Assembly: GCA_002269645.1 (NCBI GenBank) | Contig: NIVC01000867.1 | Span: 186,001-250,000 of the forward strand | Reading direction: 5' to 3' | Length of the DNA: 64,000 bases | Origin: Macrostomum lignano | Lineage: Eukaryota | Shown here: one piece after another, positions 54,844 through 64,000 of the stretch | How positions within the stretch are numbered: position 1 is the first letter of the stretch | Layout of the letters: every line of letters starts with the position of its first letter | The notes under the pieces: model-generated | Databases searched by the model: none | The model's input: only the letters and a program-made list of their open reading frames with translations | Told to the model about the DNA's origin: nothing | Translations under genes and position numbers: made by a program

Positions 54844-57800
54844 ATGTCCAATGTGAACAGTTGTGAAGAATCTGACGCGTCTAGTTACAGTGACGCAAGT
54901 GTAGATTCCGATTCAGAAGAACCCAAGCAAACAAGCAAACAGCAAAATATGAAAGAAGAGCTGGACGTAAGTTTGGACGCCGGACAACAGCGAAAACAGG
55001 TGAGAATTCAACTATTAAATACCTTTACACGTACGTAAAGTACTTATATTACTTTAAATTCTTAAGCAATTACGGTTATAGATTGGATTGCAAATTCTAT
55101 AATTTTACGTTGTCATTAATAAGACCAGTTTACATTAGACTTGATAAGATTATATTAGATTAGAATTGTTAGTATATGGGATTAAATTAGATAAGATAAG
55201 ATAAGATTAGATTAGTGTAGATTAGATTAGATTAGATTAGATTAGATTAGATTAGATTCGATTCGATTCGATTCGATTAATTATATTATATTATATTATA
55301 TTGAACTGGACTAAATTAGATTAAAATGGATAATATTAAAATAGATGAGATTTGAATGTATTAGACCGGATTGGATTATATGGATTATATAATCTATTGG
55401 ATTAGATTAGATAAAATAGATTAGCCTAGATTAGATAAAATAGATTAGACTAGATTAAATCAGTGTTCAACAGTCTGAGTTTAATTCAATGTTCGCAGAT
55501 TTTTCACGCTATTCGCACTGGGCAAGCAGAAAAGTTTTCTCAGCTGACCACAAAATACGGGTCAGTCTGTCTGGATTATCTCGACGAAGCAACGGGTTTG
55601 AGTTGTCTAAACTTGGCAGTGCAGTGCGGCAGAGCCCGAATAGTTTCGGCGATACTGAATTCCTATGGCTCCAAGGGTAGCGAACGCCGAAACAAGGCTG
55701 CCAATGCGACATGCAAAGGACTGACGCCGTTGCACTTAGCGGCGAATTTTTGCCACAGCCGGGCGCTGATCAGCCTGCTGGCTGGAGCTGAAATTGACTG
55801 GAACATTCGAGACGACAGAGGACAGACAGCGGTGCACATCGCTTGCAATCGAAATGACGATAATATCATTAAAGTGAGTCTATCGATTCTATGAGAGTCA
55901 CGATCCTGATCAATCATCGATTCTATGAGAGTCACGATCCTGATCAATCATCGATTCTATGAGAGTCACTCCTGATCAATCATCGATTCTATGAGAGTCA
56001 CTCCTGATCAATCATCGATTCTATGAGAGTCACGATCCTGATCAATCATCGATTCTATGAGAGTCACTCCTGATCAATCATCGATTCTATGAGAGTCACT
56101 CCTGATCAATCATTGATTCTATGAAAGTCACTCCTGATCAATCATCGATTCTATGAGAGTCACTCCTGATCAATCATTGATTCTATGAAAGTCACTCCTG
56201 ATCAATCATCGATTCTATGAGAGTCACTCCTGATCAATCATTGATTCTATGAAAGTCACTCCTGATCAATCATCGATTCTTTGAGAGTCACTCCTGATCA
56301 ATAATCGGTTCTATGAAAGTCACTCCTGATCGATCATTGATTCTATGAGAGTCACTCCTGATCAATCATCGTCTCAATGAGAGTCACTCCTGATCAATCA
56401 TCCATTCTATGAGAGTCACTCCTGATCAATCATCCATTCTATGAGAGTCACTCCTGATCAATCATCCATTCTATGAGAGTCACTCCTGATCAATCATCCA
56501 TTCTATGAGAGTCACTCCTGATCAATCATCCATTCTATGAGAGTCACTCCTGATCAATCATCCATTCTATGAGAGTCACTCCTGATCAATCATCCATTCT
56601 ATGAGAGTCACTCCTGATCAATCATCCATTCTATGAGAGTCACTCCTGATCAATCAACTTATACATTCTTATATACTTATTTCTCACCTCACCATACTTA
56701 TATATTGAAGTTGTGACATTCGATCTTAAGCGCCTGTTTAATGGGAATAAATCAGATGACTAATATATATACGTCTAATTTCTACCAAACACAGCTTTTA
56801 CTCGCCTACGATTGGAACAATAAAGCGACTAAGAAAGGCTGCAAATGTTGTAATCCGGTAAGGCAAAAAATCTATAAATTTTTAATTTACTAATTTAGTG
56901 TGCTAACGACCCTAGTTTTAAGCCCCCTTGGATGAAATGGCGCCTTTCAGATGAAATGGCGCCCCTCAGATGAAATGGCGCCCCTCAGATGAAATGGCGC
57001 CCCCTCAGATGAAATATGAAATGGCGCCCCCTAAGATGAAATGGCGCCTCCTTAGATGAAATGGCGCCCCTCAAATGAAATGGCGCCACCTTAGATGAAA
57101 TGGCGCCTCTCAGATAAAATGGCGCCCCCTAAGATGACATGGCGCCCCCTAAGATGAAATGGCGCCTCTCAGATGAAATGGCCTCCCCTAAGATGAAACG
57201 GCGCCCCTCAAATGAAATGGCGCCGCCTTAGATAAAATTGGTGCCCCCTCAGATGAAATGGCGCCCCCTAAGATGAAATGGCGCCCCTCAGATGAAACGG
57301 GGCCCCTCAGTTGAAAAAGCGCGTCTTTAAAAAGAATGGCGCCCTCTTAGATATAATATTGCCCCCTCAAATCCATGAGAGCCCCTCATCATCGAATCCA
57401 TTAGAGTCACTCCTGATCATCCACCACATGAGTCACTCCTGATCATCCACCACATGAGTCACTCTTGATCATCCACCACATGAGTCACTCCTGATCATCC
57501 ACTACGTGAGTCACTCTTGATCATCTACCACATGAGTCACTCTTGATCATCCACCACATAAGTCACTCTTGATCATCCACCACATGAGTCACTCTTGATC
57601 ATCCACCACATGAGTCACTCTTGATCATCCACCACATAAGTCACTCTTGATCATCCACCACATGAGTCACTCTTGATCATCCACCACACGAAAGTCATAC
57701 AAAGTTCAAATATACTTGCGACACTTACATACGCATGGATAACATGAATAAGTCAGATGACTAAAAGACGTCTAAATTCTAACCAATCAACCAATCACAG

Positions 57801-60800
57801 GTTTCAATCTGTGTGTCGGCGAAGGTGAACGAGAAACTGGAAAAACAGCCTTGGAAAAATATGCAGGTATGGAAAAGATCGTTGCATGTTTTATTTACTA
57901 ATTTAGTGTGCTAAATCCTCTGCCCGCCTCACCACAGTTGAAATGGCACCCTTAGGATGAAATGGCACCCCTTAAAATCCATGAGAGTCACTCCTAATCA
58001 TACACCACATGAGAGTCACTCCTGATCAACCACCACATGAGAGTCACTCCTGATCATCCACCACGTGAGAGTCACTCCTAATCATTCACCACATGAGAGT
58101 CACTCCTGATCATACACCACATGGGAGTCACTCCTGATCATCCACCACATGAGAGTCACTCCTAATCATACACCACATGAGAGTCACTCCTAATAATACA
58201 CCACATGAGAGTCACTCCTAATAATACACCACATGAGAGTCACTCCTAATCATCCACCACATGAGAGTCACTCCTAATCATACACCACATGAGAGTCACT
58301 CCTAATAATACACCACATGAGAGGCACTCCTAATCATCCACCACATGAGAGGCACTCCTAATCATCCACCACATGAGAGGCACTCCTAATCATCCACCAC
58401 ATGAGAGGCACTCCTAATCATCCAGCACATGAGAGGCACTCCTAATCATCCACCACATGAGATTCAGCCGTTGAAAACAATACCGTGACAAGAGTCGCTA
58501 AAAAGTCGTTGCAAACAACTCTCTAGTGACTCTAGCGCGTCTGGGGCGACTCTTGTGACTTTTTCCTCGTAACGACTCAAACGCATCAAACGCGTCCAAG
58601 AATCGTTGTGCTAGCGCTTAACTTTCTACTAGCTCAGTAAGCTAGTTAAAGCGCAATTAGGTTGTAATAGGCTAAAACTGAGTGCCCGATTAAAACGGTA
58701 CTTAAGCCAAGAAGCTTCCTGGAGTCACTAGCGTCGCCTCAGAGTCGTTTCAGACGCGTTGCGGATGACAGGTCAAATTGGAAAGAAGTGATTCGAAATA
58801 ACTCTAAAATGACAAGATGTCACGGTTAAACTATAAGGATGGACAGGCAAAGAGGCAAACAAAGCGATGTTTGACGAGCAAGAGACGGCAACAGCGCAAC
58901 GAAGCATTACGAGCGTAAAGGGGGAGCAGCAAACTGACGCCCCAAAAGTTACGGGCAATTCTCTATTTTTATTTCGTTCAAAAAATTGAGTGCAGAGTGG
59001 CGAGAGTGGCGAGAGCGCAAAGGCCACTCGGCGGTATAAATAGGCAGGCCTCCCCCAAATTGGCAAGCCACTGAACGTGGCGGAGTAATGGACGCATACA
59101 ATTCGCCTAAAAGTCGCAGAAGAAGCGCTTTAGCGTCATTGTAAAATCGTTACTGCATCGCATCTGAGTCGATGAGCATGCATTTATCTATTCGCCCAGA
59201 AATTACGATTCAACAGTCTGTTTAAGGCCAGTAGTAACGACTCTGTAACGCGTCCAAAGTGCCTCAGAAGTGACGCACTAACGATCTCCAGTGACGCTAA
59301 AGCTCTTCTTCTGCGACTTTTTTAACGACTGCAGAACGCCGCCGAAACGCCGGAAATGTGACTTTATTTCATCAAGCGACGCAAATGCGCTTCAAACACA
59401 ACTCAGTGACTCTAATGCCACTCTGGAACGCCTCAAATCAAATATACTTACGACACCTGACATTAGTTACATACGCATGTTTAACACGCATAAGTCAGAT
59501 GACTAAAATACGTCTAAATTTTAATCAATCGCAGATTTTACGCGAATCGGCAGCTCCGGTGAATGAGGGACAGAAAACTCTGTTTTGGAAGAATATTCCG
59601 GTAAAGCAAATATCATTGCATTTTCTATTTACTAATTTAGTGAGCTGTTGACCCTAGTTCTGCCCCTTCCTCAGACGAAATGACGCCCCTCAAATGAAAT
59701 GGGGCCCCTCAGATTCAATGGCGCCCCTTGAGATGAAATGGTGCCCCCTCTAATGGAATGGCGCCCCTCTAATGGAATGACACCGCCTCAAATGGAATGG
59801 CTCCCCTTTAGATAAAATGGCGCCCCTCGAATGAAATGGTTACGCCCAGACGTTATCGATTGATATAAAAATGTAATTAACTAATATACAAATTAATTGC
59901 AGCCCAGTCAAAACGCCAATAAACTGCTTACTAGCAAAGACAGCCACGATGTGACGCCGCTGATGCTTGCCGCTTCCGCGAAAGGAAGCTTGCTGAAACA
60001 TCTACGAGGTGAGAGACTGGATCATTAACAGTTTGAATATTTCTTATCTTTAAGCATAGCCCAAGTAGAACTGAAACATTGACACTTGCTATATGCTTGT
60101 AGAGAAACTCGAAGAAGAGGCTCTGAAGAAAGCGATCAAAATGAAAGATCACGACGGGAACACCATGCTTCACTACGCTGTAGTTAGCAACGAGGCGGAG
60201 GTATTAAGTGATTTTTACTATCTTCATTCAAATACATGGCCAATTTACTTCATCTATTCTCCTAAAATTTTTTTACAGAAAATAGAATTGCTAGTAGGTC
60301 GTGGAGCTGACATCAATGCAGAAAATGTAAGAGCTTTCTTGTACTCGTATTTTTTTAAAGCATCGATCGGTCGTCGAACTTCGGCCTGTGGGTCCTTTGA
60401 AATTTCATAATAGCAGTTTATCCGCTCAAGGTTTGTCTCTTCTTTCTTCCCTCTTTCCCCGTTAAAAACGTTACCGTGACAAGAATCGCAAAAAATCCTT
60501 GCAAGCAACTCTCTAGTGTCTCTATAGTTACTCTCGATGCGACGGAGAGGCGATTGTTGCTCGTCACGTGAGAGTTGCAGAATCGTAAGAGACGCGAAAG
60601 AGTAATCCAGTATGATGTTGGTACCGTTGTTGGTACTTGATAGTACAAATAAATCTCTTGTTGGTACCGTTTTCATCGGGTTCCGTCCCGGACGCATTAC
60701 GCTAGATTCTCTATGTCTTAAAGATATGAGCTGGAAGTGCATCTTCATAACTACTGACTGTGATAATCATATCAAACCCGTATTTCAGAGCGACAAATCC

Positions 60801-62885
60801 ACGCCTCTGCTGGTTGCGTCGACTCTCGGTCACACAAAATCGGTGATCAAACTGTTAGAGCTCGGTGCTTCAAAGTATACGAAGGACAAGCAGGGCAGAA
60901 CAGCCATGCATTGGTGAGTAGAGTGGCGCACTGCTTTGCACAGAGTCTTGCATTGTCAGTCTTGCATTTTGGCTCAATACACTCCTGTCACCAACCTGTG
61001 CAGACTTGCCAAGCCTCCAAAATTTATCAGCACGTCGACCACGTCGACCATGTGTCTGCATCAGTTCTGACTTCTTTTGGGTCACTGGCCTTCAACCAAA
61101 CGTCGCTTCTGGATCTTCAACGGGTGGCAAATTTCTCTGTTATCTCTGATCAAGGCTCGATAGTGGGCAGTCCTAAACTGCTATAGCTTCTCAAGCATTT
61201 AGTCGTTTATCCAGTCGTCGCCGCCTCCTTTTACGACCCATTTCACGAAAATTTAATGGTTTCATACATGACAGTGGATTAAATCAAATTTTCGTAGTTT
61301 CGTACTTTCGAGACTCTCTCTGCAAAAAAATTGGGTTTAACTTACAGTATAATTATCAAAACAGCTTGTCAGTTAAAATATTAATGCCCAATGAGTACTA
61401 GTAGTAATACTCGTATATATAAGAGGACTTATAACACCTTTATTTCCTTTATGATAATGAAATAGTAATTTATTGAATAGCTTAACTATAGTCATATTTC
61501 AGTATTAAATAACTTTTGAGAGCTTCAGAAATATAAAAGCGTATGATGACAAATCTCAATCTACTGTCCATAAGTATCTGGTGTCACCTGTTGAATGTCC
61601 AGAAGCTCCGTCTGGGCGAAGGCCGGTGACAAAAGAAGTAACGATGTATATTTTTTGTTAAATTTTATCTTTGTGTTATCAATTTATCCAGATTTAGAAG
61701 TAATTTAAAACAATGTTTTTAGGAGTCTTTTTGACATTGTTATATTTTCAGTTCTACTTCAAGTAACTCGTATTTTCATTTTCGCTTGTTGTTTATTTAA
61801 TTAAAGGTGCTTCAGGCAGCAAGACACGAATATTTACGACGCTCTGATGAAAGAGGTAACTTTTTTATTTGACATTAAAAGTTTGCTACACGATTTATTA
61901 ATAGGCTTTCAAATTGCTTCAGGGGCACGCCACCATGGGACAGGGGGGCATGTACATGTACCAGCTCTAGACGGATATGCCAATGCTTTGTGCCCCTTAG
62001 TGAACCTGCTATGAAAAAAAAATTGCTTTACAGCACCAAAATCAGTGCCTGCAGAGCCTAAATGAGTGTCTGCACAGTCAAAATGAGTGTCTGCACAGTC
62101 AAAATGAGGTCTGCACAGTCAAAATGAGTGTCTGCATAGCCTAAATGAGTGTCTGCACAGTCAAAATGAATGTCTGCACAGTCAAAATGAGGTCTGCACA
62201 GTCAAAATGAGGTCTGCACAGTCAAAATGAATGTCTGCACAGTCAAAATGAGTGTCTGCACAATCAAAATGAGTGTCTGCACAGTCAAAATGAGTGTCTG
62301 CACAGTCAAAATGAGTGTCTGCACAGTCAAAATGAGTGTCTGCACAGTCAAAATGAGTGTCTGCACAGTCAAAATGAGTGTCTGCACAGTCAAAATGAGT
62401 GTCTGCACAGTCAAAATGAGTGTCTGCACAGTCAAAATGAGAGCTAGCGACAACACAAATTCTCAATATAATGTACATGTACATGTAGCATTTTTTGGCT
62501 TTGTCCCCAGCACCATAAAATCCATGGGGACGACTCTGAATTGCTTCGAACGTTGACATTCAAAACGCCACTATTGAAGGCCAGCGAGGAAGAAAACGAC
62601 GCCGAGTTCATGACGCCATTTCACTGGGCCTGCCGACAAGCCAGACAAGAGGAGGCCATGCTGATGGTAAAGAAGAATTCGAAACTGCTCGGAAAAGTGG
62701 ACGCCCAATTGAGAACTGGGCTGCACTGGGCTGTGCTGGCGAACAGCACTGACCTGGTCAAGGCGCTGCTGCAGTTGAAAACTGAGCCCAACCAGCCAGC
62801 TACTGTTCTATCGAAGTGCTTGAACGCTGGAGACTTTCAGGGCAAAAGTCCGCTGCACTACGCCTCAGAAGCTGGTAACTTAAAT
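54844..62885 (+). CDS. Multi-exon ankyrin-repeat protein (5' part; continues beyond the exons I could resolve)
   Basis: Exons 54844-54999 (or -54966), 55499-55873 (GLSCLNLAVQCG, GLTPLHLAA, GQTAVHIAC), cassettes 56795-56857 / 57801-57866 / 59535-59600, 59903-60008 (TPLMLAA), 60103-60200 (GNTMLHYAV), 60279-60326 (ELLVGRGADINAEN), 60789-60913 (STPLLVASTLGH...GRTAMHW), 61807-61855 and 62580-62885 (TPFHWAC, LRTGLHWAV, GKSPLHYAS). Phases are consistent. The orthologue was not recognised. Confidence 0.85.
55885..56655 (+). repeat. About 32 bp tandem repeat GAGTCACTCCTGATCAATCATCGATTCTATGA
   Basis: About 24 copies. Confidence 0.97.
56925..57370 (+). repeat. About 19-20 bp GATGAAATGGCGCCCCTCA array (also at 57935-57975 and 59670-59835)
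   Basis: Tandem units following each cassette exon. Confidence 0.93.
57400..58460 (+). repeat. 26-28 bp CATGAG(AG)TCACTCCTGATCATCCACCA arrays (57400-57690 and 57980-58460)
   Basis: Tandem units related to the 32-bp repeat. Confidence 0.93.
58465..59330. mobile_element. Non-autonomous TIR element (CAGCCGTTGAAAA...TTTTAACGACTG)
   Basis: Imperfect TIRs with repeated subterminal AGTCG..AAAAAGTCG motifs; a related partial copy lies at about 60460-60610; no clear TSD. Confidence 0.5.
61920..62538. mobile_element. hAT-like non-autonomous element, 619 bp, with an internal 20-bp tandem array
   Basis: 8-bp TSD AATTGCTT at 61912-61919 and 62539-62546; imperfect TIRs CAGGGGCACGCCACCATGG / CCATGGGGACGACTCTG; GTCTGCACAGTCAAAATGAG repeated about 20 times at about 62050-62445. 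Confidence 0.85.
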
Positions 62886-63039
62886 GTGAGCAGGCAACTG
62901 TTTAAAATTTTTGTCATGTACATGCAGATTTGTTATTGCCATCCACCAACAGTCCTTGGTGGGCGCCCCTGTCTCATCGATGGGCCTCTAAATTTTGGTG
63001 GCGCTTCCCTGTCTCTTGTTAGGCGCACCGGTTTCTTTG

Positions 63040-63550
63040 TTGGCGCCCCCTGTCTCTTTGTGGGCGTCCCTGTCTCTTGGTGGCCCCCTGTCTCTTGGTG
63101 GGCACCCCTGTCTCTTGGTGGGCACCCCTGTCTCTTGGTGGGCACCCCTGTCTCTTGGTGGGCACCCCTGTCTCTTGATGGGCACCCCCTGTCTCTTGGT
63201 GGGCACCCCTGTCTCTTGGTGGGCACCCCTGTCTCTTGATGGGCACCCCCTGTCTCTTGGTGGGCACCCCTGTCTCTTGATGGGCACCCCCTGTCTCTTG
63301 ATGGACACCCCCTGTCTCTTGGTGGCCCCCTGTCTCTTGGTGGGCACCCCCTGTCTCTTGGTGGCCCCCTGTCTCTTGGTGGGCACCCCTGTCTCTTGGT
63401 GGCCCCCTGTCTCTTGATGGACAACCCCTGTCTCTTGGTGGCCCCCTGTCTCTTGGTGGCCCCCTGTCTCTTGGTGGCCCCCTGTCTCTTGGTGGCCCCC
63501 TGTCTCTTGGTGGCCCCCTGTCTCTTGGTGGGCGTCCCTGTCTCTTTATG
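63040..63550 (+). repeat. About 20 bp tandem repeat CCCTGTCTCTTGGTGGGCAC
   Basis: About 25 copies; source of several spurious ORFs. Confidence 0.95.
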
Positions 63551-64000
63551 GGCGTCCCTGTCTCTAAGGTGGGTGCCTCTCAGTCTCTGTGAGCGCTACT
63601 ACCCCTGTCTTAGGCGGGTGGATGCCACGACCAAGAGGAGGCAAACGTTGAACTTCACAAACTGCAAAAGCTTTCGTTCACTAATACATGTACCTACTTA
63701 ATGGGAGCTGAAGTTAGATCGATTGCAAAACTTTTAGTCCCAGCCTAATTTATTTGAAAACAGAGCGAAATGTTTTACAATTTGGACGAATTCGATTGCA
63801 ACTAGGCATATTTTCGTTTTCTTGCGGGCAAAAATCTCGAGCTGTCTTGTTTCTTAGGTCCAGATCAGGGGTCGCTAAGCTGTTTTACTTCCACAATTTG
63901 CCAACCCCTTAGTCTAGAAGTCTTTAGCGAGACACTCGAGTGTCAAGCAGTTCCCACATTGTTGTCAATATCCAATAGCAATGGTCGCTTTCAGAAGTTG

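Noticed and set aside
63614-64000. Further ankyrin-gene exons
   Set aside because: Candidate acceptors at 63613 and about 63858 give no ankyrin-like peptide or a clear donor, so they were left unannotated.

Overview
Eukaryotic (animal) genomic DNA with GT-AG introns, GC-rich exons and very dense simple and tandem repeats. This style resembles the flatworm Macrostomum, but that is an inference only. Host genes: (1) two tandem paralogues (15123-17441 and 25180-29585), each encoding a secreted protein of about 400 aa with signal peptide + PAN/Apple-like Cys domain + ALK/LTK-type glycine-rich domain, and no transmembrane or kinase region; (2) a complete 14-exon IFT140 (33801-52320, 1482 aa by my splice model); (3) the 5' part of a multi-exon ankyrin-repeat gene (from 54844) with three duplicated, diverged 63-66 nt cassette exons. 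Mobile DNA: three related APE-type non-LTR retrotransposon copies (one sits inside a (CT)n microsatellite), a head-to-tail array of Helitron-like units full of minisatellites (about 2.9-11.4 kb), a gag-only LTR element with a 4-bp TSD, a Gypsy integrase remnant, two elements with 9-bp TSDs (Mutator-like), hAT-like MITEs (one with a clear 8-bp TSD), a CORE-type SINE and a tRNA-derived SINE. Most long ORFs in the supplied track are translations of tandem repeats. No CRISPR array, rRNA gene or genuine tRNA gene was found. All splice models and alignments were made by eye.
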